Below, piece after piece: positions 52,339 through 63,700 of a DNA stretch of 64,000 bases. Source of the DNA: a virus; the IMG/VR virus record IMGVR_UViG_3300024349_000035; one strand, given 5' to 3'. Made by a program: the position numbers and the translations under genes. Position 1 is the first letter of the stretch, and the number at the start of each line of letters is the position of its first letter. Under the pieces are notes generated by a model. The model saw only the letters and a list, made by a program, of their open reading frames with translations. It was not told where the DNA came from and searched no databases.

Positions 52339-53829
52339 TTGACTATCCTGAGCCAAACCGGAACCTTCTCCTACGCCTTGCAGCCGACCAAATACGGGAG
52401 CGGCACGCTTGCGGCTGTGAAGGCGAAGGCCAAGATCGTTCTGTCTGCCAACCCTGCTGATGGGAATACCGTCACGGTTGGTTCAATCACCTATACGTTC
52501 AAGACCACGCTCACGCCTTCCGCCAACGAGGTCAAGATTGGCACATCGGCAAGTGTAACCGCCAGCAACCTCGCCGCCGCGATCAACGCGGGCGCGGGCG
52601 CAGGCACGGCCTACGGCACTGGCACAACCGCCAATACCGACGCAGTAGCGGTTGCCAGCAACTACACCGTCTTCCTGACTGCGGCAGCGGCAGGTGTGGC
52701 GGGCAATGCCCTCACCCTGAGCAGGGTCGGGGCGAACATCACGGTCACGGCTTTCAAGGGCGGCGTGACTGCGGGCGCGTTCCCGACGAGCAGCTTGTCG
52801 TGGGATCGCCACAAGGCCAGCGACATCGACTACGATCAGGCCAGTGATCAGCGCACGTTTCCGTTGGAAGTGGACGGGATCATCACCCCGACAGGCGCGT
52901 ACCGTGCAGGCGTGTTTGTGGGCGGCGGCGCGACCATCATCCCGCGTATGCAGGACAAGATTGGTGATCTGCTGCTGGCGCTGATGGGTTCTGCCACGAC
53001 TACGCAGAACAGCCCGGTGTCGGGCGCACACAAGCACGTCTTCAAGTTCGATCCGAACGATGTGAGCAACATCCCCTGGGTATCCGTGCGCAAGCACATA
53101 CCGGGGCGCGGCGGCATCTCCGGCGTGGGTCTGATCGGCTACGACAACATGCTGGCTTCGATGCGCCTGATGCTTCCGCAGAACGACATCGTGCAGGCGC
53201 GGGTAGACTTCGCAGGCCGCGTGCCTGTGCTGGACAACTACCCCGAAGCGTGGCTGTACGCCAACTCGTCCGAAGGGCCGAACTACGCCGCGCTGTCCTG
53301 CAAGGGCAGCTTCAAAATCCCGGCGTTCTCGGCAAATGCTCTGCCTGTGACCGGGGTTGTGATCGAGATGATCAACAACCTGACCACGCCGCGTGAGGAA
53401 ATGGTGGTGGGCAGCTACTTCATGGACGACATCGTGGTGCGGTCACGCGCCATGCAAATCCGGTTCGTCTATAAGTGGGCCGACCCGGATTTGTATCACC
53501 TGATCTTCTCTGGTTCTGCCTCCGGCACGGACTGGACACCGAGCGTGTACACCACCGCGTACAACAGCGGTGACAGCACGTATGCGTTCGAGGCCGAAAT
53601 CCAGTCTGCCGCCAACGTGACGGGGACGACCCCGTACAGCCTGACGATCCGCGCAGGGACGGTGGTGTGGCAACCGACTGGGCCTGTCCGTCTGCAAGGC
53701 GGCGGGATTCTGATGCAGGAATATGTCGGCACGGTCATCGAACCCGACGCAGGGTTGGGTGTTCCGTACTGTGAATTTATCCTGATCAACGGCAACAGCA
53801 GCGGCTACAGCGTCCCGGCGCAGTCCTAA
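52339..53829 (+). CDS. major tail (tube) protein with N-terminal inserted domain
   Basis: TTG start after GAGGA; HKHVFKF, PWVSVRK, GYDNMLASMRL, IEMINNL patterns; followed by a terminator and tail chaperones. Confidence 0.75.
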   Translation: MTILSQTGTFSYALQPTKYGSGTLAAVKAKAKIVLSANPADGNTVTVGSITYTFKTTLTPSANEVKIGTSASVTASNLAAAINAGAGAGTAYGTGTTANTDAVAVASNYTVFLTAAAAGVAGNALTLSRVGANITVTAFKGGVTAGAFPTSSLSWDRHKASDIDYDQASDQRTFPLEVDGIITPTGAYRAGVFVGGGATIIPRMQDKIGDLLLALMGSATTTQNSPVSGAHKHVFKFDPNDVSNIPWVSVRKHIPGRGGISGVGLIGYDNMLASMRLMLPQNDIVQARVDFAGRVPVLDNYPEAWLYANSSEGPNYAALSCKGSFKIPAFSANALPVTGVVIEMINNLTTPREEMVVGSYFMDDIVVRSRAMQIRFVYKWADPDLYHLIFSGSASGTDWTPSVYTTAYNSGDSTYAFEAEIQSAANVTGTTPYSLTIRAGTVVWQPTGPVRLQGGGILMQEYVGTVIEPDAGLGVPYCEFILINGNSSGYSVPAQS

Positions 53830-53871
53830 GCTAATCTGTCTCAGAGCGTGAGACATCACATCTGTATGATA

Positions 53872-53905
53872 GCGGGGAGTGGTCAAACACTCCCCGTTTC
53901 ATTTT
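53872..53905 (+). terminator. intrinsic terminator after the tail tube gene
   Basis: GCGGGGAGTG/CACTCCCCGT stem followed by TTTCATTTT. Confidence 0.7.
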
Positions 53906-53929
53906 CCCGTTGTATGAGGAAATTCGTAT

Positions 53930-54385
53930 ATGCCAGTCGTTCTACCAATTCCCATTGAACGCAAAGTCGCCCTGAACCTCCCTGTAGACGAAGACCCTGA
54001 ACAAGAGGCAACCGTCACTGTCAGGCAGGCAACGCAGGCCGAAGTCGAAGCGCGTGCGGAACTAAACGCGGAAACGTCGCGTGTGTTCCGTTCGGGGCAA
54101 CAAGCGGTAGAGGTGAAGGCGCGGTTCAGCTACGAAGAAGCCCGCCGTTTGGAAGTCTACCTCACGCTGTCCGGTTGCAACATCGACATACCGGATGAGA
54201 ACCATAAGGACAAGCAGCGTCCCTTGTTCACGTTCAAGAAGCAGTCCGGCAAGATGCGCTTGAACATGACGGAGAAGGAATTTGAAGAGGCATGGGGACA
54301 GCTTCCGGCGCATTGGGCAGAAGCGATCCACCAAGCCGTACTCAGCGTGAACCCGCAATGGAACCCTGATCTCGCGGGGGAATAG
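53930..54385 (+). CDS. tail assembly chaperone (G)
   Basis: Between the tail tube and tape measure genes; ends in the slippery G GGG GAA TAG. Confidence 0.8.
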   Translation: MPVVLPIPIERKVALNLPVDEDPEQEATVTVRQATQAEVEARAELNAETSRVFRSGQQAVEVKARFSYEEARRLEVYLTLSGCNIDIPDENHKDKQRPLFTFKKQSGKMRLNMTEKEFEEAWGQLPAHWAEAIHQAVLSVNPQWNPDLAGE

Positions 54386-54717
54386 TAACGGCTCTCCAAA
54401 GCCTTGAAGTTGACATTCTTGCGTACCTGAACGCTCAACTCAGCGCTTCCACAGGAAGCAAAGCCTCGCAATTCCTGTGGGACGCTGAGAATAAACAAGC
54501 CGTAATCCCCGACGCTTTTCTCCTGTACCGCAAGATGCAACTGTTTGGCGGGCCGAAGTCCCTCCCCCTCCCGGTAGAAGGCGGTTGGTACGACCAACCA
54601 TACCTGACGTGTTTAACGCTGGAGTCCTGCAAGAAGGCTGAAACATTATTCGAGTTGCAGTTAAAGGCACAGGTAGAAGCACCCAAAGATGGCTCTGTAC
54701 AACGCCCTGACGAGTAG
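54376..54717 (+). CDS. -1 frameshift extension of the tail chaperone (GT)
   Basis: GGGGGAA at 54376-54382; the -1 frame is open through IVTALQSLEV...LPVEGGWYDQPY to TAG at 54717. Confidence 0.78.
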   Translation, partial: GGIVTALQSLEVDILAYLNAQLSASTGSKASQFLWDAENKQAVIPDAFLLYRKMQLFGGPKSLPLPVEGGWYDQPYLTCLTLESCKKAETLFELQLKAQVEAPKDGSVQRPDE

Positions 54718-57700
54718 AATTGATGAGGTCAATCGCCGCCTGAATGACCAGTTTCAGAGCGGTACGATCACCGATCAGATGTTCCGCCGCTACCAGTTGG
54801 GATCAGGCGCTGATCCTGATGATGTACTGCGTTCGCTGTCGGCTGTCGGCAGCATGGAGCGTTCCCCGCAGCGCTGGCGGCGCGAGTCTGAACTGATCGG
54901 GCAGCGCAACGAAGCCACGCAGAACTTCTACCAGCAGGTGCTTTCCCCGATTGCCGATCAGTACAACGCCTCCGGTCAGGGGACACTTCGGTTCGATCAG
55001 GTAGATACGTTCGGCTCAATGGCCTACCGCGCCACCATGTACAAGCCCGGTGGCGAAGTGGCGTGGAGCGCGGACGTGTCTGCCCTTGCGCCGTTTGGAC
55101 GGGATCGGCAAGACCCCAACAATGTCGGGCGCATGGTCATCGGCAACCGCGTGGTCGATGTGGATGTGCCGATGGGCGGCTTTGAGAACCCGGCGAACAA
55201 GACGACGCAGTACGGCCTTGCCCAAAGCCTTCTAACCAGCTTCAACAGCCCGTACAAGTCCAGCGCCGTGCGGATCGACGGGCGCGACAAGGACTTTCAG
55301 GGCAATTACCTGAACCCGTTCGACACGGCTTCTGACAGTCCGTTCTATTCGCGCATCTCACAGAGCAACCGCGTTTCGCCCAATGTCTTCCTGACTCCGA
55401 AATACCGGGGCAGCACGATTGACCTGAACGCCTATGTCGGACAGACGGGCGGCGAACTGAACCCGCTCCTCGTCAGCTTGCAGAAGCAGGGCTACACCCA
55501 CCTTGCCGGGTACGATGATTACCTCGGCAGCGATTACACGCTCCGGCAGGGTACGCACACCATCTCTAACCAGTCATTTCTTGACATTCCCGGCTGGTAT
55601 CAGGGAGAAGATGGCAAGCTGTACACCGGGATTGGCAATGACCCGCTCAAGGCCATGTCCAAGTCCGGTCAATTGGGCGGCACACGTGAGTCCGCCAACT
55701 ACGGGCCACAGGCCGGTACATTCGCGGAGTGGCAAGAAGGCAACGTGCGTACCGCAGGCTCTAACGTCCTGACGGGCGGCTACAAGGAGCGCACGTTCAT
55801 TGCCCTGACGGGCATGGGTATCGGTGAAGGGCAGGGGCTTGTCAATACGAACCGTGCTGGCACGATTTGGGAACGCCGCCAGCAGCGGGTAGAGGTTGGC
55901 CTTGATGCGAACGGCAACCTGATGCTGGATCGGGACACGCAAAGCCTGATGACGCAGCTACAGGGCGGGCAGCAGGTGAGCGCAGGGCGCAGCGTGTGGG
56001 ACATCTCCGGTAAGCGCGTGAACTTCGCCGGATCGTGGGGTGACGCGACCCTGATGGGTGTCCAGACCGACATCCGTGAAACCGACAAGGGCAAGCGCGG
56101 CTATCTGGTCTTTGACGTGATGCGATCCGGCGCTGAAATGTCCACCAAGAGCGCAGGTACAAAGTCCTTTGATGTACGGGAAGATTTCGGCGCGTTCGGT
56201 GATGGGTGGGATCGGTTTGACCGGATCATTACCAAGCCCAAGAACCTGAATACCTTCGCCGCCAGAGTGTTCGATGCTATGAGTGACGACCAGTTCCGGT
56301 CTGTCATGGCAGAACACAGCCGCAAGTTCGGCAACCCGCAGAACGTCGATCTATCGCAGGGCGCAGTCGAAAACGGTGTGTACATCCCGGCGCGGCATGG
56401 TTCGCAGGCGACCCCCTACCTGATGGACGTGTTCCGTAAGACCATCGTGCCAAGTGCGCTTGAGATGCGTACCATGCACCGCAACTTCGATGAAGCCTTC
56501 TTCGACAATGTGATGGGTGTGGATAATCCCTGGGTGAAGGAACTGGGGCGGGCAAACGGTCAGGTATCAGTAGAAATGACCGTACCCGGCCTCAATCTGG
56601 AGATGCTGGTCAACAAGTCGCCGGAACTCTCACGCGGCGGCGGGCGCATGAACTTTGAGGACATCACGAACCGTCTGTGGCTGGCAGACAAATCCGGTGA
56701 CACTGTTGCGCGGGATGTACTGGGCAGCTTGTTTAACGGCGGGCAGGCCGCACGGATAGATGTGGCAAAATCTGCCATGTTGTCTGACAAGACCGCGCAG
56801 CAGTACATGGAAACGCCCACCAACACCTTTGCTCTGTCGGGGATTACGCAGCAGCAGCGCGAACGCTACCGCGACGTGGTGCGCTCCATCGGTACGGATG
56901 CGTCCGAGCCGAATGTGATGGCACAGCAGCTTGCCGCGCTCCAAGAGATCGTCGGGGACAACCTGATCGACACCGGAACAGGGACATTTCTACCCTCGCC
57001 GGATGTGATGGGCAAATTCTCCGTTGCCAGCGCCAATCGGCAGCAGAGTAATTACGTGCGCCAGTATGCCAGCGTAATGCACGAAGCCATGATGAGTGAC
57101 GAGGCGCTTCCTGTGGAAGCGTTTGATAAGGTCTACCGGGCGCAGGCCAAACTCGCCAAACAATCCGGCTTCCGCAAGAACATTCTGAGCAACCGCAATC
57201 AGGCCGTGTTTGGCAATGTCTATACCAGCGACCAGTTGCTTGCGCCGAACCAGATGGTTATGCGCGAGAGCGAGATCGTGACCCGCCTGCACAAACTGGC
57301 GCAGAACGAAGGGGTCGATGCGACCAAAGACGAAATCAAGGCAATGCTGGCAGAGATGCGGGCGGGCGGCGAAGGGCTATCTGCCTATGTCGAACGCAAC
57401 CCGGTGTCAGAAGGCCACACGCAGCGGGCGCTCACCCTGCAAATCCTGAACGAACAGGAATACAAAGCAATGGGCGGCACGAAGCGAGTAGGCCGTTCGC
57501 CCATTGTCTCAGATTACTTCGCTTACGCATCGGGCGGCGACGTGGACGCTGACCGTCTGATGGGTATCTTCGCCGCGTCGATCAGCCGCGATCAATCCGG
57601 CAAGCTGACCGCACAATGGGGCGACGTGACCAGCAATGATCGGATGAAGACCATTGCAGCCGGGAGCGTGGCTGGCGAACTCATGAAGCACATTGCTGAA

Positions 57701-60700
57701 CAGCGCGGCGACGATGTGCTGGCTGGCATGAAACCAGCCGACATCCAGCGGATCATCCAGAACAAGGATGTGGGGGCGCTGGCAGATTTGCTCATTGCGC
57801 CGGACGGGATGCTGAACAGCCGCAAGAAGGCCGAAGGTATCGACATGCAGGACTTGGCGGGTGCGTCACGCCGCCTGCAAACCGCGAAGTCTAACATGGG
57901 CATGGCTTACAACCTGGGGCGTATGCTCACGCCGAACGCAATGGCGAACGAAGAATCGTATACCGCCGCCAGTAAGTTCATGGGTGCGCTCTACCAGCCC
58001 GCGCTCGACAAGGAGTTTGTCAAGGGGACGGACGACACGATGAGCAGCAGGGCGCGTGACCTGATGAAACTGATGAAGACGAACCTCGTCACAGGCAGTT
58101 TCTTTACTGGCTATGACACCAAGCCTGAGTCGTGGCCCGGTATGAAGTCCGGTTCGTACCGCGCCGCCAACCGGAGCGCGGCTGAGAACATCCCTGAGTT
58201 TGCATCACGCACGGTCAAGTCGCTCCTGTCGGCTACGGAGATGGCAGGCGATCCAGACTCGATTGCCGCCCTGCTCACACCAAGCTATGCCAGCGACGAT
58301 ACCAAGACCAGCATCCGCGAGAGCGTGGAACTGGGTCTATCCTACGCCGGGGACAAGAATCTGGATGCTGATGCAATCGACGCAGGGGTAACGCAGGCGG
58401 CAGATGCGATTATTGCGGCAATCGGTGGGGATGCAGGCTCTATCCAAGCGGCTGAGAACCGGATCGGGGCAGATAAGATTAACGCCGTGACCTCCGACTC
58501 TCGACGCGCCGGGTACGTTGCGGCGCTGTCCGATGCCCCCATCCTCGAAACCATTATGTCGGCGGCGGGCTTGCACACGCAGCGGGCAGACAAGAACCGG
58601 GCGTTCATCGGCAAGGGCAGACCGGATAACATCGTCAACTCCATCATCGGCGCGTTGGGGCAGGAAGGCTCTATCCGTGAGAGCATCGTCCGTGCTGTGT
58701 CACGCGGCGCGAAGATGGATACGGTAGCTGATCTGACCCGTACCCTGATGCAGATGCGGGCAGGGTTCGCACAACAGAAGGGTGGCGCAGCGGCAGCGCA
58801 ATATGTGGATTCGCTGCTCGGTCAACTCGGCATGAACCTCAATGACGATGGTCTGGTGGCACAGGCGGCATCTGAAAGTCTGAATAGCTACCGGGCTTCT
58901 CGCACGGCACGCTCCAAGCAGTCCCGCGAACAATACGAAGCGCGGATCGCCAGCCAGCAGCAGCGGCTATCCGGCATGAACCTCGGCGCAGGGATCGATG
59001 TACTGGGCGCAATTCACGGCGCGTCAAACATCAACTTCGGCAACGTGTCGTTCAGCCCGTCATCTATCGGTAAGCCCGAAAGCCTCTTCCTGACGGGTCT
59101 AACTGGCTCTGGCTTGATGGATATTCCAGTCAAGGGCGGGGGCGGATCAGGCTCAGGGGTAGAGTTCGGGTCGAAGGTTCACGGCATTGCCGAACGCGCC
59201 TTCGGGCAGGATGCAGAATTGGAACAGCGCTACGGCAAGCGCATCCGGCATGAGTTCGGTGTACAGGGTGAACTCGGCGGGGTGAAGTGGGCGGGCCGCG
59301 CCGATATGCTGGCAGACCAGAACGGCAAGCGTGTTCTGTACGACATCAAATCACACGGCGCGGGTGGGATCAACCCCGACCTGATGGAACACTATCAGGC
59401 GCAGATGGAACTCTACGGGCATCTCATGACCAACGCCGGGGAACAGGTCGATGAGATGGCGATCATCCCGGTAGACCGCGAGAAGTATCAGGAGAAGTAC
59501 GATGAACTGATACAAGGCTCTGGCCTGTCCGAAGAAGAGATGCAGAATATCGCGCTCCGTGAAGCCTCTGGTGCGCCGATACCCGTTCCCTTCACACCGG
59601 GTCAGGTATCGCCGCAGCTACAGGGGATGCTTGATCAGGTGAAGGGTATCTCTGACCTCATTGGGGCAGATGCGGGGCGCGTGCGCCTGAACAATAATGC
59701 GAAGGCAACGCCAGCAGACCGCAAGGCAGCGCTGGCGAACGTCCATCAGGTCTTGGCAAAGGTCGGCGCAAGTCTGCCCGATGGCGGGTCGGCAATGGGT
59801 TTGCCCAAAGCTGAACTCGCACAGGGTCTTGCTTCGCCTGCTGTGCGCCAGCGGCTAGGGATCAGTCCCGACTCGCATCCCGAATTGGGTGATCTGCTGG
59901 CGAACGCGGGTAACGGCGGCGCTGGTTCTGGTGGCGGCGGGGTAGCTTCCACAGGAAGCGTCGATCCGTCTTCCGGTGGCGGCGGCTCTGGTGGCGGTGG
60001 GAACAATAACAATCTCGTCCTCGCTTTGCAAGATATGGTGCAGCAGCTATTTGACCGTCCCGCCGCGCCAATCCGCGAAACGGCGCTATCAGACACCAAG
60101 CGTACCATCGGCACGCTCAGACCGCAGTCCGGCTTCAAGACGCTCGATGCTGAACTGGCGCACTACAAGGCGCAGGCCGACAAAGGTACGCTAACCAAGC
60201 CGATGATCCAGCGCATCAAGGCCATTGATCAGGCTATGCGCAAGGGGATTAGCCTTGAAGATTCAGCCGGAAAATGGAAGAGCCAGAACGACCCGATTGG
60301 GCAACAGGTGTTGGGGGCGTTGTCCGGCAATGAAGGTATGTCAGCCGCCCGCGCCCATCTACTTGACATGGATGCGCAGGGTACATCCGATTTCAGCAAG
60401 CCCGGTTTGCTCGATATGGCGGTGGAACAGGAGCAGTCACAGCGGCTAACGGCGGGCGAGAAGGCGCTGGCGCGGGAAAGCCAGCGGGACATTGACGCTG
60501 AAACAAAGCGGCTGGAACGGCTGGAAGTCATGCAAGCGCCGTATATGGCACGCACAGATCGGGATACGATGCTGCAAGACCTTCAATCGCGGGTCATGGA
60601 AACCGACGAAGGGACTGCCCTCACGTCGCATGAACAGCGCTTGATGAAGGTGCTTCAAGCCGCCAATGCGCGGGAAGATGCGGGTGTCAAGAAGCTGGCA

Positions 60701-63700
60701 GGCGACAAGAAGCGCATCGGCACACGCGCAGCAGAGGCAGACTACATTCAGATGTCGGCAGCGGAACGGCGCAGCTTCCGCTCGGCAGTCCTGAGCGATC
60801 CCAATGCGCGGGATACGTTCGATGAGGGCTTCGTCAACAAGCTGTCGTCTGAACGGGAGCGCATCATCAGCGGGCCACAGCGGGCGGGCTTCGATACACG
60901 CGAACTGGATGAACTGTCGGGGCAGGTCAACGCGCTCGGCGGTGTCCTCAAGAACCTGGGCAAGATCAGCGAAGACGCATCGAAGGGTGTTGAAAAGCTG
61001 ACCGATCAGCAGGTCAAGTACATCGGCATGTCTGCCAAGCTGTACGACACCATCAATAAGTCCTTGACTGACCACCAGAAGATCGCTGACGAAGCCGAAC
61101 CGAACGATCCACGTGCCGCGCTGTCACGTGCTGTCATTGAGAGCGCGGAGAAGGCGGGCGTGTGGTCGCAGGGTGAAGCATCCGGCAGGCTCAAGACGCT
61201 TCGGACGGGTCTATCCAAATCCAACCTGTACAGCCGTGCCGTGCAGCAGCAGCTTGATGACATGCTGGAAGAAGCTGCACCGCAGGAGCTATCTACCACT
61301 GACAAGTTCTCGGCCTTCCTGAGTAGAGGCAAGGCGGGGCAGAAGGCACGTGACATGCTCCGCGACACCGGGCAACTGGGCGCAGAAGGGTCACTCCAAC
61401 GTGCCGCATGGGAAGGGCTTGCGCCAATCGCCGCTGCACCGTATCACCTGCTGCACGCCCGGTATGAACTACAGGGCTTGCAGAACATGGTCATCGGGCC
61501 AATGCAGCAGGCGCAGCAAGCCTACCTTGCCAACCAGCAGCAGGCGTTCATGCAGAATGTCCAATACAACGGCTTCGCGGCCTTCCAATCGCCAAGCTAC
61601 ATGAACGCCTTCGGGTCTGCCATTGCCATGCAGAACCAGCAGTATTACATGGGCGAACAGGCCAACGCCGTTCTCGGTGGCTTCCAGCGGGGTATCGCCG
61701 GGGTGATGGGCAACCGGAATGTGGCAGGCGCAACAACCGCAGGCCAGATGATCATCGGCGCTGCTGCTGCTGGTGGTATCGCTACGGGCTGGAACCCCTT
61801 CGCCATTGCCGCAGGCGGGATCGTCGGGGCGGGCGCGTTTGCCGCAGGGCAGGCATTTGATGTTGCCAGCAATGCAGATCGCAGACTCAACGCGATTGCC
61901 GATCCCGGCAGCGACATTACCGGAGCGTTCGGCAATGTCTTCAACCGCTACATCGTCAACCGGATCGGCGCAATATGGGATCGCGGCGGCTACGACCAGC
62001 GCGAAGGCCAGTTCCAGCTTGATGACAAGCGGGCAAGCATCTTGAAGGGCGCACTCGATACAGGTATCAAGGCGACCATCGACGGGGTAGGCTTCGCAGA
62101 GGGGTCTGTTCAGTCGGCCTACAAGTCAAAGATGCGCGAACGGATGCAGAATGGCGATCTGAACTTCATGTCGATGGACATGATCAACGCGCTATCAGGC
62201 CGCGCCGAAGCCATTGTTGGCACGGACTGGGCCGCGCCGGGTGTTAACAAAGAGGGTGAGTATCAGGACATCCTCGGCATCCTGGGGCGGGGCGCGATCT
62301 CTGGTGTCAAGACCGACGAGATGGCGCTGCAAGCAATGGAAATTGCAGGCGGGTCGGCGGCAAACATCCGGTCAGCGGGCTACCGGAGTGCGCTCAAGGG
62401 AATCGACAGTCTGATTGCCGACAAGGAGAACGGCGGCTACTATGCCCGCGCGCTACCCGGTATCATGCAGCAGATCGGGAATATCACCGAAGTTCAGCGG
62501 GCAATGGGCTTCAAGACGACCTACGGCAACAATGCACAGGGCGTGATCGACAACTCGAAGAAGATTGCCGATGCCATGAAGGGCATTGACGACCTGTACG
62601 AGTCAGGCCGGATCAGCGCCGAAGAACGGGATGCACAAAAGCGCAAGATACAGGAATCGCTTGATGCGGATAGCCTGTGGGCAAACCTTGCGCCAACCTC
62701 TAGCCTGTTCTCGCAGAGCAATCAGGGTGGGGCCAGCCGCATCTATAACTTCCTGACCAGTCAAACGGGCGCGGCGTTCCAGAACGTCAAGTCATGGATG
62801 GGGGTCGGCGGCGGGATTGTCAACGCCTACGAAACGCGGGGCAGCGCAGCAGAGGGTGACTATCTCGGTGGCGCGGTCATGGCAGGTCTACCGACAACCG
62901 CCAATCAGAACGCCGTTGGTGGGATCGCCAATTACCTGATGCAGACGGGGTTGGCAGACCGCATGATGAACCGCAACGATGCGGCGGGCATCTCGCGCAT
63001 GAGCCGCCAAATCTACGGGCTTGACCAGAACAACATCAACTACGAAGGCTTTGCGGGTTCACTGGCGGCAATCCAGCGCTTCAACGCCAACGACCCTACA
63101 CAGATGGGCAATGCCCGCGTCCAGAGCATTGAAGGACTGAGCGCCATGCTCACAGCGCGGGATGGACGTGGATCAAGCATGTACTCGATTGCCGACATCA
63201 ACGCCTTCATAACCAGTATGGGTTACGCAGGACAGGCCGCGAACGCCGCAGGCATGGGCGGTATCCGGTTGACAACTGGCGAAGTCAATCAGTTCAGGGG
63301 GCTACGGGCAGAGAACGCAGCCGGAATCATCGGTTCGTACCAAGCCGCCGCAGGGCAGGCGCAGACCGGACTTGGGTTCATGGGTGGGCTTGCCAGCCGG
63401 ATCAATGCGGTCTACGGCGCGAACACCGATGAAGGCTTGCGGCTCGGTGCGCAGTTGTCCAACCAGCGGGATCAGGTCTATCAGCAGTTTGCCGCTGGCG
63501 CTCGGTATGGTGTGGCTGATGCAGGGGCGCGATCAGCGTTTGAACGGATCGGCGCAATCACCGATGCCAACCAGTTCGGCATGTACAGCGCCGCCGCTGG
63601 TGGTGACATGCGGGCAATCTCGCAACTTGCCGCACAGGGCGCTCTACCAAGCTGGATGCAGCGTGTCCAACTGACAGGCGAATACGCCGGGGCAGAGATG

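Larger units (their letters stand above)
1546..59958. repeat. dispersed 13-bp quasi-palindrome CTTCC-(ACA/TGT)-GGAAG
   Basis: Exact copies start at 1546, 12119, 16893, 23714, 25029, 27483, 32536, 34973, 35911, 36580, 38193, 41009, 47168, 54446, 57107, 59946; 12/13 matches at 22589 and 36100; loop variants at 36678 and 40101. Confidence 0.92.

Noticed and set aside
59150-59480. Stand-alone cas4 gene or CRISPR locus
   Set aside because: The domain is an in-frame part of the giant ORF, lacks the Cys cluster of Fe-S Cas4, and has no array or cas1/cas2 nearby.
54768-63674. Many short ORFs listed in the track over the last 9 kb
   Set aside because: All overlap the single open frame starting at 54689; they are off-frame or antisense artefacts.
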